In this document: positions 10,110-20,509 of the stretch, piece after piece
Numbering within the stretch: the first letter of the stretch is position 1
Layout of the letters: every line of letters starts with the position of its first letter
Assembly (NCBI GenBank): GCA_045116995.1
Contig: JBGUMU010000031.1
Span: 6,108 to 70,107 of the forward strand
DNA from: Bacilli bacterium
GTDB lineage: Bacteria; Bacillota_I; Bacilli_A; RFN20; CAG-826
Direction of reading: 5' to 3'
DNA length: 64,000 bases
The notes under the pieces: model-generated
What the model was told of the DNA's origin: nothing
The model's input: only the letters and a program-made list of their open reading frames with translations
Database searches by the model: none
Made by a program: the position numbers and the translations under genes

Positions 10110-11183
10110 ATGGGGATTGGTGCAAGAATAAAGTGCTTTAAAAATGAAATAAAACTCACGCTGAATTTACCCAAAATATTCAAAGAGATTCACAATGTTT
10201 TGAAAGAAAAACAATTATGGGAAGGACTCAAAAGAAAATCACGTTTCAGAAGATTTTTTGAAAATATTTGGTGGTATTTTAGACACGGAGAAGCGTGCAT
10301 CTATTACAACAGCTACGGCTTTGATATTAAAAAATTTAGAAACAAAAAAACATATTTGCCATATAGGAGATTTAGAATAGAGAGGTTCTACGAAGATTAT
10401 CCGAAGAATCTTTTTGATAACAAACTTTGTATTTTAAGAGATAAGATTTTGTTTTCGGCATTTTTTGGTGAGATATTAGGCAAAAAATATGTCATTGATA
10501 GTGTTGCCTTGATTAACCCTGATGGAACAATATTCGATTTTATCTCGAAAGAAAATGTAAACTACCAAGTGTTTTTTAAAGAACGCAGAACAGATTATTT
10601 CATTAAAAAAATAAACGGAGAATGTGGTGAAGGCTGTTATTTGATGAAATTAGATCAAAAACCTGAAACAATCATGGGACAAATAAAAGGTTCCCAGTTC
10701 TTAGTTCAAAGAAGAATAGAACAGCATAAGGACATTGATGAAATTAACCCATCATGCATTAATACAATTCGCATCATAACTATTATTGGCAAAAAGTCTA
10801 GAAAGCCTGACGTTTTTGCTCACTATATGCGCATAGGCTGCAACTCTATTAATGACAACAGGGCTACAGGCGGCGTCGGTGTTGGTATTGATGAAAATGG
10901 CACTATGCTTAAATATGGAGTCGGTCACCATAGAATTGAAACAGCACATAGTATTACTGGTCATAATTATGAGGGAACAAAGATTCCTTTTTGGAGCGAA
11001 GTTAAAGAGCTCGTTGTCAAGGCGCACAGTGCCCTTACAAACATACCAACAATTGGGTGGGATGTGGCTCTAACTCCAGATGGTCCCGTTTTGATAGAAG
11101 GAAATGATAACTGGGAGATTTCTGGAGCCCAAGATGCGCTTGGCGGCTTAAAAAGAGAGTGGTATGAATACCATAAGAGATGA
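10110..11183 (+). CDS. Sugar-transfer-associated ATP-grasp ligase (RimK/alpha-L-glutamate-ligase-related)
   Basis: DNRATGGVGVGIDENG..., IPFWSE..., IPTIGWDVALTPDGPVLIEGN resemble the ATPgrasp_ST family. Confidence 0.65.
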   Translation: MGIGARIKCFKNEIKLTLNLPKIFKEIHNVLKEKQLWEGLKRKSRFRRFFENIWWYFRHGEACIYYNSYGFDIKKFRNKKTYLPYRRFRIERFYEDYPKNLFDNKLCILRDKILFSAFFGEILGKKYVIDSVALINPDGTIFDFISKENVNYQVFFKERRTDYFIKKINGECGEGCYLMKLDQKPETIMGQIKGSQFLVQRRIEQHKDIDEINPSCINTIRIITIIGKKSRKPDVFAHYMRIGCNSINDNRATGGVGVGIDENGTMLKYGVGHHRIETAHSITGHNYEGTKIPFWSEVKELVVKAHSALTNIPTIGWDVALTPDGPVLIEGNDNWEISGAQDALGGLKREWYEYHKR

Positions 11184-12396
11184 GAAAATCAAAATATCGT
11201 TTATAGGCGATATAATGATTGAACACACTAGATTATCGGATTATAGAATCGAAAACAATTATGTTTTCGATTCAATTTTTAAAGAATGTTCATCTTTGTT
11301 TAACGATAGCAATTATGTTGTTGCAAACTTAGAAACTCCAGTTGCGGGAGAAGAACTTGGGTTTTCAAGTAAGAATTATAATTTTAATACACCGACGCAA
11401 ATTCTTGGCGCTATAAAACGCTCAGGAATAGATCTTCTGACAGTTGCAAATAATCATTGCTTAGATCGCGGAATAGAAGGAATTGATTTAACAATTACAA
11501 ATATTAAGAAAGAAGGATTAGATTATGTTGGCGCAACTCGGACTAATGAGCCATATTTCCCGTTGATAAAATGCATTTCAGGAATAAACGTTGGTTTTAT
11601 GTCATACACTTACGGCACAGAAGCGTGCTACAACTTAAATTACTTAAAAAGGAAAGACAGGTATAGGGTTTGTTTATTACAAAATCAAGAGCTATCTAAT
11701 CCGCTTCAACGCTATATTTTGAGATCTAATTATTTTATTGCGAGAGTATTAAGAAAAATATTGCGTCTAGTTTATCCGAGCTATTTTAAGAAGAATATCG
11801 AAGACCATAAACAAAGCGCCAGATATCAAAAAAGGAGAATAATTAGAGAAATTAAGTATTTGAAAGAACACTCGTCTGACATGATTATTATGTGTTTACA
11901 TTCTGGTGGCCAGTTTAATGATTACCCCACCAAATTTACTAATAATCATGTCAAGTTTCTGTTTGATAATGGGGTTGATTTGATTGTTTGTAATCATGAG
12001 CATCTAATACAAAAGTCAAGCATAAACGGGAATAATGACGTTGTGTTCTGCCTAGGCAATTTTACCAGCAACTATGGAATAGATAGAGAGCCGTTTGACA
12101 AAGAGGCCAATTGTTCAATAGCATTTCATTTAATGTTATCAAAAAAAGACAATCGCCTTGTAAAAGAGTATTCTTTCAGCATTCTGCGTTCTAAAAGAAA
12201 TGAAAACGGTTCTATTGGCACAAAGCCATTGTATAATGATTATCACAACGCTAGACAGCCAGATGAAAAAGCATTCCTTATCAAATTAAACACAAGATGT
12301 ATTAGTAGATTTCTTGGTTTGAATATAAAAGAAGATATCATACCCGCTAAAGAATACATGTATGATGAATTAATAAAAAAATACAAACATGACTAG
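11164..12396 (+). CDS. CapA/PGA_cap family metallophosphatase-fold protein
   Basis: FIGDIM..., ANLETPV, ANNHCLDRG and CNHEH motifs of the CapA (poly-gamma-glutamate capsule synthesis) family. Confidence 0.7.
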   Translation: MNTIRDEKIKISFIGDIMIEHTRLSDYRIENNYVFDSIFKECSSLFNDSNYVVANLETPVAGEELGFSSKNYNFNTPTQILGAIKRSGIDLLTVANNHCLDRGIEGIDLTITNIKKEGLDYVGATRTNEPYFPLIKCISGINVGFMSYTYGTEACYNLNYLKRKDRYRVCLLQNQELSNPLQRYILRSNYFIARVLRKILRLVYPSYFKKNIEDHKQSARYQKRRIIREIKYLKEHSSDMIIMCLHSGGQFNDYPTKFTNNHVKFLFDNGVDLIVCNHEHLIQKSSINGNNDVVFCLGNFTSNYGIDREPFDKEANCSIAFHLMLSKKDNRLVKEYSFSILRSKRNENGSIGTKPLYNDYHNARQPDEKAFLIKLNTRCISRFLGLNIKEDIIPAKEYMYDELIKKYKHD

Positions 12397-13900
12397 ATCA
12401 AAAAAAGCACTCTACACATCAATATTTTCAATCCTCCACCAAATCTTAGTAGTAGTTTGTGGTTTTGTGCTACCGCGTTTTTTTCTAACTGCATATGGTT
12501 CAGAAATCAACGGTCTGGTTTCCTCAATAACCCAATTTTTAGGCTTTATAGCCCTTGCAGAATTGGGCGTTGGCGTTGTTGTTCAATCAGCTTTATATAA
12601 ACCTTTAGCAGAAAACGATATTAATCAAATTAGTAGAATTTTTAAATCATCGAAGAAGTTTTTTAACACCATTGGATGCATTTTGCTTGTCTACACACTG
12701 TTGATGGCTTTTATTTATCCTTTGATAGTAAAAGACACATTTGAATACTTTTTCACAGCATTATTAGTTTTAATAATATCGATTAATATTTTTGCTCAAT
12801 ACTATATTGGCATTAACTATAGATTAATATTGGGAGCTGATCAATACGGCTTCATTACTCAAGGCTTAGCTTGTGCGACTTTGATTGTCAATACTGCTGC
12901 CTGCATTATTCTAATAAAATGTGGCCAATCTATTCATGTTGTAAAATTGTGTTCGTCTCTACTTTTTTTAATTCAACCGATAGTTCTTTATTTAATAGCA
13001 AAAAGAAAATACAAAATCATAAAAGATATAGAGTTGAGGGGTGAACCGATTAAACAAAAATGGAACGGATTAGCTCAACATATAGCTTCTGTTGTAAATA
13101 ATAATACCGATGTAATTGTTCTTACACTGTTTTCAACCCTTAAAGATGTCTCGATATATGCAGTATATTACATGGTTGTAAACGGGATAAAGAATATTGT
13201 GTCCTCATTGACTAATGGACTGATTTCGATGTTTGGAAATATGTTGGCCAAAGATGAAATTGAACGTGCAAATAAAACATTTGATGCAATTGAAACTTTA
13301 ATTCATACAGTAACCATTTTGTTATTCACTATAACTGGTGTTTTAATTGTCCCCTTTGTATCAATCTATACTCAAGGAATAACAGACGCCAATTATATCG
13401 TTTATCCTTTTGGAATACTCCTTACTGTAGCATTAGGAGCTTATTGCTTAAGATTACCATATAACATAATTGTCATGGCTGCTGGTCATTATAAAGAAAC
13501 ACAAGTTAGTGCCATTATAGAAGCTATTTTGAATATAGTTGTTTCGATTGCTTTTGTTTTTTCGTTTGGCTTGATCGGAGTAGCAATTGGCACCTTGACC
13601 GCAATGTTGTTTAGAACAATTTATCTAGCTTGGTATCTATCAAAAAATATCTTAAAAAGAAAAATAGGAATTTTTATAAAGCACTGTTTAATAGATGTTT
13701 TGTGCATTGGTATCATGATAGTATCAACTTATTTCATCGACAAAGGCGCAAATAATTATTTTGGATGGTTTATTTTGGCTCTTGAGTGTGGCGGAATATG
13801 TTTGGCGTGTGATGTCGTAATAAATTTGGCATTCTACTATAAAGATATAAAAATGTTGTTTTTTGCTATTATTAAAAGAACAAAGAAAGGCAAAGCTTAA
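12389..13900 (+). CDS. Polysaccharide flippase (Wzx, MOP superfamily)
   Basis: 503 aa with about 12-14 TM helices. Occupies the last position of the variable cps block. Confidence 0.8.
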   Translation: MTRSKKALYTSIFSILHQILVVVCGFVLPRFFLTAYGSEINGLVSSITQFLGFIALAELGVGVVVQSALYKPLAENDINQISRIFKSSKKFFNTIGCILLVYTLLMAFIYPLIVKDTFEYFFTALLVLIISINIFAQYYIGINYRLILGADQYGFITQGLACATLIVNTAACIILIKCGQSIHVVKLCSSLLFLIQPIVLYLIAKRKYKIIKDIELRGEPIKQKWNGLAQHIASVVNNNTDVIVLTLFSTLKDVSIYAVYYMVVNGIKNIVSSLTNGLISMFGNMLAKDEIERANKTFDAIETLIHTVTILLFTITGVLIVPFVSIYTQGITDANYIVYPFGILLTVALGAYCLRLPYNIIVMAAGHYKETQVSAIIEAILNIVVSIAFVFSFGLIGVAIGTLTAMLFRTIYLAWYLSKNILKRKIGIFIKHCLIDVLCIGIMIVSTYFIDKGANNYFGWFILALECGGICLACDVVINLAFYYKDIKMLFFAIIKRTKKGKA

Positions 13901-13979
13901 TAAAATTGTTTTACAATTAGATTGTACATATCAGCCTATATTGTTTGAGACAAGTATTGTTTGCGGATAAGGAGAAAAG

Positions 13980-15182
13980 ATGAAAATTGCAGTTGCGGGT
14001 GCGGGATATGTTGGCCTTTCAATAGCCACTTTATTATCTCAAAATCACCATGTTGAATTAGTTGATGTCGTCCCTGAAAAGGTTGACAAAGTTAATGCAC
14101 GTATTTCACCAATCCAAGATGATTATATTGAAAGGTATTTTAAAGAAAAACATCTAGATTTAGTGGCAACACTTGATGGTGCATCGGCATACAAAGATGC
14201 TGATTTCGTTGTTATTGCTGCTCCTACAAACTATGATCCAGTTAAAAACTTCTTTGATACAAGATATGTCGAACAAGTAATTGAGTTAGTATTATCAGTT
14301 AATAAGAATGCTGTTATGGTTATCAAATCAACCATACCAGTCGGTTATACTAAATCAATTAGAAAGAAATATAATACATACAATATCCTATTTAGTCCTG
14401 AATTCTTAAGAGAATCTAAAGCTCTAGAAGATAACTTATATCCATCACGTATTATTGTGGGATGCGAAGAAGGACAAAAAGATAAAGCAGAGCAATTTGC
14501 TAATCTATTAAAAGAAGGCGCTATTAAGAAAGATGTGCCTGTATTATTGATGGGTTTAACAGAAGCAGAAGCCGTTAAACTATTTGCTAATACATATTTA
14601 GCATTACGTGTTTCTTATTTTAATGAATTAGATACATATGCTGAATCTAAAGGATTAAATACACAAGATATTATCAATGGTGTATGTTTAGATCCAAGAA
14701 TTGGAACGCATTATAATAATCCATCATTTGGTTATGGTGGTTATTGCTTGCCAAAAGATACCAAACAATTAAAAGCCAACTTTGAACATGTACCAGAGAA
14801 CTTAATATCCGCGATAGTGGAATCTAATAGAACTAGAAAAGACTTTATCGCTGATAGAGTATTACAAATAGCCAACTTTAAAGAAGAAACCGCTAATAAG
14901 GTTACTGTTGGCGTATTTAGATTAACTATGAAATCTAATAGTGACAACTTTAGAGCATCTTCTATCCAAGGCATTATGAAAAGAATCAAAGCTAAAGGTG
15001 TTAAGGTTGTTATTTATGAACCAACATTAGAAGATGGTTCAGAATTCTTTGGTAGTAAAGTAGTTAACAACTTAGAAGAATTTAAGAAATTATCTAACGC
15101 AATTATCGCTAATAGATATGATGGTTGCCTAGATGACGTTGAAAATAAAGTCTACACAAGAGATTTATTTAGAAGGGACTAA
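13980..15182 (+). CDS. ugd: UDP-glucose 6-dehydrogenase
   Basis: [14 protein letters not shown] Rossmann, catalytic GGYCLPKD, length 400 aa. Strong RBS AAGGAGAA. Confidence 0.92.
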   Translation: MKIAVAGAGYVGLSIATLLSQNHHVELVDVVPEKVDKVNARISPIQDDYIERYFKEKHLDLVATLDGASAYKDADFVVIAAPTNYDPVKNFFDTRYVEQVIELVLSVNKNAVMVIKSTIPVGYTKSIRKKYNTYNILFSPEFLRESKALEDNLYPSRIIVGCEEGQKDKAEQFANLLKEGAIKKDVPVLLMGLTEAEAVKLFANTYLALRVSYFNELDTYAESKGLNTQDIINGVCLDPRIGTHYNNPSFGYGGYCLPKDTKQLKANFEHVPENLISAIVESNRTRKDFIADRVLQIANFKEETANKVTVGVFRLTMKSNSDNFRASSIQGIMKRIKAKGVKVVIYEPTLEDGSEFFGSKVVNNLEEFKKLSNAIIANRYDGCLDDVENKVYTRDLFRRD

Positions 15183-15184
15183 CA

Positions 15185-16210
15185 ATGAAAATATTGATTA
15201 CAGGCTCAGCTGGTTTTATCGGTGCTTTTCTAGTAAAGAAATTATTAGAAACTACTGATGATTTAATCGTGGGTTTAGATAATCTTAATCATTATTACGA
15301 TGTTTCTTTGAAAGAAGAGAGATTAAGGTTGACTAAAAATGATAGATACATCTTTTTCAAAGGCGATTTAGTAGATAGAGACTTAATCGATAAACTATTC
15401 AGCGAATATCAATTTGATGTAGTGGTTAATCTAGCCGCTCAAGCGGGTGTTAGATATTCTATTACTAATCCAGATGCATATATCAATTCAAACATCATCG
15501 GTTTTTATAATATCTTAGAAGCATGTAGGCACCATCCAGTTGAACATCTAGTATATGCATCTAGCTCATCTGTTTATGGCGGCAACACAAAAGTACCATT
15601 TAGCACTGATGATAAAGTAGATAATCCAGTTAGTTTATATGCCGCTACTAAGAAATCAAACGAACTCTTAGCGCATGCTTATAGCAAACTATATAACATT
15701 CCTACAACTGGATTAAGGTTCTTTACAGTATATGGACCAATGGGAAGACCAGATATGGCTTACTTTGGTTTTACTAACAAGTTAATTAAAGGTGAAACAA
15801 TTGAGATCTTTAATTATGGTAATTGTAAAAGAGACTTCACATATGTAGATGACATAGTGGAAGGCATTATAAGAGTAATGAATAAAGCGCCAGAAAAGAA
15901 AACTGGCGAAGACGGATTGCCATTACCACCTTATAAGATTTATAACATTGGTAATAATAATCCAGAGAATTTATTGGACTTTGTTCAAATCTTATCTGAA
16001 GAATTAGTAAGAGCAAAAGTATTACCAGAAGATTATGATTTTGAAGCGCACAAGAAATTAGTGCCCATGCAAGCTGGTGATGTACCAGTAACATATGCCG
16101 ATACATCAGATCTTGAAAGAGATTTTGGATATAAACCGAAAACATCATTAAGAGAAGGACTATTTAAATTTGCCGTTTGGTACAAAGAATATTATAAAGC
16201 CACTAAATAA
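15185..16210 (+). CDS. UDP-glucuronate 4-epimerase (NAD-dependent SDR epimerase, CapI/Gla type)
   Basis: ITGSAGFIG, NLAAQAGVRYS, ASSSSVYG, YAATKK (YxxxK) and GLRFFTVYGPMGRPDMA closely fit UDP-GlcA epimerases. Confidence 0.85.
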   Translation: MKILITGSAGFIGAFLVKKLLETTDDLIVGLDNLNHYYDVSLKEERLRLTKNDRYIFFKGDLVDRDLIDKLFSEYQFDVVVNLAAQAGVRYSITNPDAYINSNIIGFYNILEACRHHPVEHLVYASSSSVYGGNTKVPFSTDDKVDNPVSLYAATKKSNELLAHAYSKLYNIPTTGLRFFTVYGPMGRPDMAYFGFTNKLIKGETIEIFNYGNCKRDFTYVDDIVEGIIRVMNKAPEKKTGEDGLPLPPYKIYNIGNNNPENLLDFVQILSEELVRAKVLPEDYDFEAHKKLVPMQAGDVPVTYADTSDLERDFGYKPKTSLREGLFKFAVWYKEYYKATK

Positions 16211-16329
16211 TCACAAGCGATCAAAATGGTTTAATGAGATTTTTAAAGTTGTGCTGCAAAATCAATCTAAGCATTCGCATCAAAACAGTTTTCGCATTTC
16301 AAAAAAACGTTATTAAAATATAAGTTAAA

Positions 16330-17469
16330 ATGGAGAATAATATGGGGAAAAAAGCAATTCTATTTTTGGCATCGATTACGATTCTGATGTTTGCAACATC
16401 ATGCAGCAGTATTTCTTTTAGTTTTGTTAACATAATTAGTGATTCTTCCTCTGAAAATGGTGAAAAAAGCATAAGCATTAAAACTGATATCGAAAATAGC
16501 AACGACTTTATTAATCAGAGCACAAACGAAGGTATCTTTCACTCTTCTAGTTCAAGAAGCATGGGCTCTCCATCTATCTACAAATCACCACGTATGCCTA
16601 ATTATTTGATTAATAATCAAACTCTTGATGAGCTGTATGCAATATACGATGATTTAGTGGACAATTTTCCATGCTTTATCAAAAGAGATGAAAATATTGG
16701 AATAGACTCGAGTGGGCTGGAGATTAGACAATATACTGTAGGGTTTAACTCTATGTGTGAGGTTGTAGGAGAACAGTCTCTTTATGGTGGCAAAATAACA
16801 TCTTTTGATAATGTTTGGGCAAACGATGTTCAACAGAAAGTAATACTAATAAATACTGGATGCCACGGAAATGAAAAAGCGCCTTGTTGGGGTGTTTCTC
16901 AAGGAATAAAGCAATTGCTTGAGAGTAATGAGGAGTGGGCGATGTACATTAAATCCAACTACATTATCAAGATTTGTGCCTGCATGAATCCATATGGCTT
17001 CAACAATAACCAAAGGAAAAATTATAACGGCATTGACTTAAATAGAGACTGTGTTCAATTCACTCAACAAGAAACACAAGCCTGGAAGAAGTGGGTGGAG
17101 AATAACCTAGAACAATCCGTTTTATATCTTGATATGCATGGGACCACAGGGTACTATCCATATTTTGAATATTATAGCAACGATATACATATAAAAGACT
17201 ATCGAGATTGTGGATATAGGTTAAATTCTGCTTTATTTCAAGAATGGGCTACATTTTATAATGATGAAACACTTGCCCCATACTTTTTCTTGGCCGAATC
17301 AACCTATGAGGGCACAGCTAAGCAACACATTGCTTCTTTAGGATTAATGGGCTTCACTATTGAAACGCCACAAAACATTGATCGACCCAATGACAATTGG
17401 GACAACTATACAAAAGGGGTCAAGCTAGAAATCGATATGTTGATTAACACAATCATGTTTTTAGCCTAG
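16330..17469 (+). CDS. Lipoprotein, M14 zinc carboxypeptidase family
   Basis: Signal/lipobox MGKKAILFLASITILMFATSC. The likely start is ATG 16342, preceded by GGAGA. HxxE zinc motif GCHGNEKAP, GIDLNRD, LDMHGT. Confidence 0.7.
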   Translation: MENNMGKKAILFLASITILMFATSCSSISFSFVNIISDSSSENGEKSISIKTDIENSNDFINQSTNEGIFHSSSSRSMGSPSIYKSPRMPNYLINNQTLDELYAIYDDLVDNFPCFIKRDENIGIDSSGLEIRQYTVGFNSMCEVVGEQSLYGGKITSFDNVWANDVQQKVILINTGCHGNEKAPCWGVSQGIKQLLESNEEWAMYIKSNYIIKICACMNPYGFNNNQRKNYNGIDLNRDCVQFTQQETQAWKKWVENNLEQSVLYLDMHGTTGYYPYFEYYSNDIHIKDYRDCGYRLNSALFQEWATFYNDETLAPYFFLAESTYEGTAKQHIASLGLMGFTIETPQNIDRPNDNWDNYTKGVKLEIDMLINTIMFLA

Positions 17470-17627
17470 TTTGAATCGTGGAAAACATTTAATTGGATAT
17501 TGTTGGTGATATTCTTTATTTAGTAGATTGTTACAAAACAATATTGGCATAACTCTTTTTATAACCTTTTTTAGGAGATATTTTTTTATTTACTTTTCAA
17601 ATTATGTAGTTATAATAAGCCCATAAA

Positions 17628-17800
17628 GATTGATAGAGGCGCAGTATAAAATAGTAACTAGTTGAGGGGGCACCCAGCGAAATTAGTGAAAGGTATGACT
17701 GCCGAAACGGTTTAAAGACATTTGAACTAGTTGGTGTATAGGAGAATATCTTATGCACTCCTACAATGTGTAGAGGAGCTATCGGTGGAGTCGTTCTCAA
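17628..17800 (+). promoter_or_regulatory. Probable lysine riboswitch (L-box) aptamer
   Basis: GATAGAGGCGCAGTA..ATAGTA..GGGGGCACC..TGCCGAAAC..TTGG..AGGAGCTATC matches the conserved L-box blocks AGAGGNGC / AGUA / GCCGAA / GGNGCUNUC as I remember them. Located in the 5' leader of an amino-acid ABC operon. Confidence 0.6.
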
Positions 17801-17803
17801 TGA

Positions 17804-17834
17804 TTGCATCTGATAGATGCAATCTTTTGCTTTT
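17804..17834 (+). terminator. Riboswitch expression-platform intrinsic terminator
   Basis: TTGCATC-tgata-GATGCAA stem followed by TCTTTTGCTTTT, 15 nt before the start codon at 17849. Confidence 0.6.
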
Positions 17835-17848
17835 AGGAGGATGACGAT

Positions 17849-18715
17849 ATGTCAAAAAAAGTTTTACTCATTGGCGCAGCTTTATTAAGCGTTGCGTCGC
17901 TCAACATGACTGCATGTGGAAACAATGCAAACAGCGGGAATGCTTTGGTCATTGGTATGGAATGTGCCTATCAACCATTTAACTGGACACAATCTACTTC
18001 TAATGAATTTACATTACCAATTGATGGAACATCTGAATTTGCAGATGGATATGATATTGCAGTTGCCAAGTTTTTGTCTAAAGACTTGAATAGACCAGTA
18101 GTAATTAAGAGAACAAACTGGGAAGATTTAATACCATCTTTAAATAGCGGTTCTATTAATATGATTTTAGCTGGTATGTCTTCGACCGCTGAAAGAAGAA
18201 AAACCATTGACTTTACTGATCCGTATTTAGAAAGTGATTTAGCTTTTCTTATTAAGACATCTGATTTACCATCAGGTAATTCTAAAGATAATCCGGCTTC
18301 ATATCAAGAACTGTTACAACTATTTAACGGTAAAAGTTTGGTGTGTCAAAGTGGCGTTGTTGGAGATGACATAATCGATAGTTATTTTGTAAATGCAGAA
18401 GGTGTAACAATTAACCACAGCGCTTCACAAATGACATATCCATTAGCAGCAATTGATGTTCAACAGGGAATATCTTTTGCAATGCCTGCAGAACTACCGG
18501 TTGTAGAGGCTATGGCTAATTTAGACGGTTTATCTGTCTTGTATTGTGACTATTCTTTTTTAAGTGATGATGATTTAGAAGGCCTTAAAGTCAACATCGG
18601 CATCAAAAAAGGAAATGACATATTAAGAGAAGACTTGAACGCTTCTTTAAAGAGATTGAATCAAGAGCAGAGAAATCAAATGATGGGAGCGGCTTCACAA
18701 AGATCCGCAGCATAG
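17849..18715 (+). CDS. Amino-acid ABC transporter substrate-binding lipoprotein
   Basis: Lipobox LNMTAC. SBP_bac_3-like core (ILAGMSSTAERRKTIDFTDPY). RBS AGGAGGA. Confidence 0.85.
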   Translation: MSKKVLLIGAALLSVASLNMTACGNNANSGNALVIGMECAYQPFNWTQSTSNEFTLPIDGTSEFADGYDIAVAKFLSKDLNRPVVIKRTNWEDLIPSLNSGSINMILAGMSSTAERRKTIDFTDPYLESDLAFLIKTSDLPSGNSKDNPASYQELLQLFNGKSLVCQSGVVGDDIIDSYFVNAEGVTINHSASQMTYPLAAIDVQQGISFAMPAELPVVEAMANLDGLSVLYCDYSFLSDDDLEGLKVNIGIKKGNDILREDLNASLKRLNQEQRNQMMGAASQRSAA

Positions 18716-18716
18716 G

Positions 18717-19502
18717 ATGTTTAGTTTTCAAAAAATAGGTGACATTTTATCGAATAATGGAGAGTTGATTTTTGCTGGTATTCTATCAACACTTATTCTC
18801 TCCATATTTGGAACAAGTGTTGGTCTTGTTTTGGGTGTTTTCATTGCATATGGCAAGAATTGGAAAGCAAGACCAAACACCAATAAGTTTTTTATCTTTT
18901 GCATTGGCATTGTTAGAACATTTTGTGTTGGTTATTCAGTAATTTTAAGAGGCACACCGATGATGGTTCAAGCACTCATATTTAAATATGGTTGCGCCGC
19001 TCTTGGACTAAACTGGGATAATGTTAGATTCGTTGGGGCAATCAATAATGTTTTAAATGGCTGGTTTTTTGCTGGTCTTATTGTTATTACTTTAAACACT
19101 GCTGCTTATATGGGAGAAATTGTTCAATCTGGATTAAATGGTGTTGATAAAGGACAAATTGAAGGCGCTAGATCGTTGGGCATGAGGTCGTCTGAAACTT
19201 CTTTTTTTGTAATCTTACCACAGGCCATTAGAAACGCTTTGCCAACGATTGGCAATGAATTAATTGTAAACATCAAAGACTCGTCAGTATTAAATGTTAT
19301 CGCTACCACAGAACTTTATTATCGCATTGGTAAAATTTCTGTTAAAACATATGCGTATTTAGAAGGCTATGCCTTACTTGCCGCTATTTATCTAATTATG
19401 ACTTTACTTGCCGCCTCTATTCTAAAATTAATAGAAAAGAAATTAGATGGTCAAAAAATATCCTTGAATCCGTTTTCAAGATGGAAAAGGAGTTTGATAT
19501 GA
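18717..19502 (+). CDS. Amino-acid ABC transporter permease (His/Glu/Gln/Arg/opine family)
   Basis: EAA-like loop [38 protein letters not shown]. Confidence 0.85.
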   Translation: MFSFQKIGDILSNNGELIFAGILSTLILSIFGTSVGLVLGVFIAYGKNWKARPNTNKFFIFCIGIVRTFCVGYSVILRGTPMMVQALIFKYGCAALGLNWDNVRFVGAINNVLNGWFFAGLIVITLNTAAYMGEIVQSGLNGVDKGQIEGARSLGMRSSETSFFVILPQAIRNALPTIGNELIVNIKDSSVLNVIATTELYYRIGKISVKTYAYLEGYALLAAIYLIMTLLAASILKLIEKKLDGQKISLNPFSRWKRSLI

Positions 19503-20509
19503 AAGAAACACTGCTAGAGATTAAGAATCTTGCAAAGTTTTTTGATGCTACTAAGGTTTTGAAAGATATCAATCTAGTAGTAAATAAAGGTGATGTAATT
19601 GCTATTATAGGCCCTAGTGGTTCTGGTAAATCGACATTTTTGAGATGCTTAAATCTCCTTGAAGAACCTACAAGAGGCACGCTATCTTTTGAGGGCAAAA
19701 ATTATTTTTCTGTTCTTAAATGTAAAGATGATTTTGTTGACTATGAGAAATACATTATCGCCAAGAAGGAGTATTTTTCCAAAATTGTTGAAGCAGAGGA
19801 CAATCTTGCAATTTTCCAAAATTTAAGGATTGAAGGCGATAAATCAAAAGAAAACAAACTAAAAATTAAGGAATGCAAAAAAATATATAAAAACACTCTT
19901 AAGAACAAGCCAAATCCAATTAATTATTTTAACAAAAAAGCTTATGACGCTTTTATTTCGGAGCATCCAGTTTTATCGATTGGTGAAAACGGCAGAAATC
20001 ACCTAAGAACTAAAATGACTATGGTTTTCCAAAGTTTTAATTTGTTTAACAATATGGATGTTTTGAGAAATTGTACTATAGCTCAGGAAAGAATCTTGAA
20101 ACGTTCTTACGAAGACGCCAAGCAAAGAGCGTTTAGAGAATTGGCTGCGGTGAATATGCAAGATAGAATGAACTACCGTCCAAGATCACTCAGTGGAGGA
20201 CAAAAGCAAAGAGTTGCCATCGCTAGAGCATTATGTATGGATCCAGATATTATTTTGTTCGATGAACCAACAAGTGCACTAGATCCAGAAATGGCGGCAG
20301 AAGTTTTGGATGTGATGAAAAAATTAGCCAATGATGGTAGAACTATGATCGTAGTGACTCATGAAATGAATTTTGCTAGGAAGGTAGCTAATCGAGTGGT
20401 GTTTATGGAAGATGGATTTGTTGTAGAAAGTGGTCCTAGCGAAGATTTTTTTACTAATCCAAAGGAAGAAAGGACTAGAGCCTTTTTGAAAATCATGGGC
20501 GACGATTAA
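19481..20509 (+). CDS. Amino-acid ABC transporter ATP-binding protein carrying a roughly 100-aa insertion
   Basis: Walker [11 protein letters not shown]-loop MVFQSFNLF, signature [14 protein letters not shown], Walker [13 protein letters not shown]-loop VTHEM. The alternative start ATG 19499 overlaps the permease stop. Confidence 0.9.
   Translation: MEKEFDMKETLLEIKNLAKFFDATKVLKDINLVVNKGDVIAIIGPSGSGKSTFLRCLNLLEEPTRGTLSFEGKNYFSVLKCKDDFVDYEKYIIAKKEYFSKIVEAEDNLAIFQNLRIEGDKSKENKLKIKECKKIYKNTLKNKPNPINYFNKKAYDAFISEHPVLSIGENGRNHLRTKMTMVFQSFNLFNNMDVLRNCTIAQERILKRSYEDAKQRAFRELAAVNMQDRMNYRPRSLSGGQKQRVAIARALCMDPDIILFDEPTSALDPEMAAEVLDVMKKLANDGRTMIVVTHEMNFARKVANRVVFMEDGFVVESGPSEDFFTNPKEERTRAFLKIMGDD

Noticed and set aside
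17597-17809. 70-aa minus-strand ORF in the gap before the ABC operon
   Set aside because: It overlaps the region that matches lysine-riboswitch blocks plus a terminator. It has no RBS and no recognisable protein features.
17628-17834. T-box leader as an alternative explanation of the structured 5' region
   Set aside because: I could not find the conserved T-box sequence (AANNNGGGUGGNACCGCG-like) or a specifier-loop context. The AGAGGCGC / GCCGAAA / GGAGCUAUC blocks fit the L-box better. This still needs a covariance-model search.
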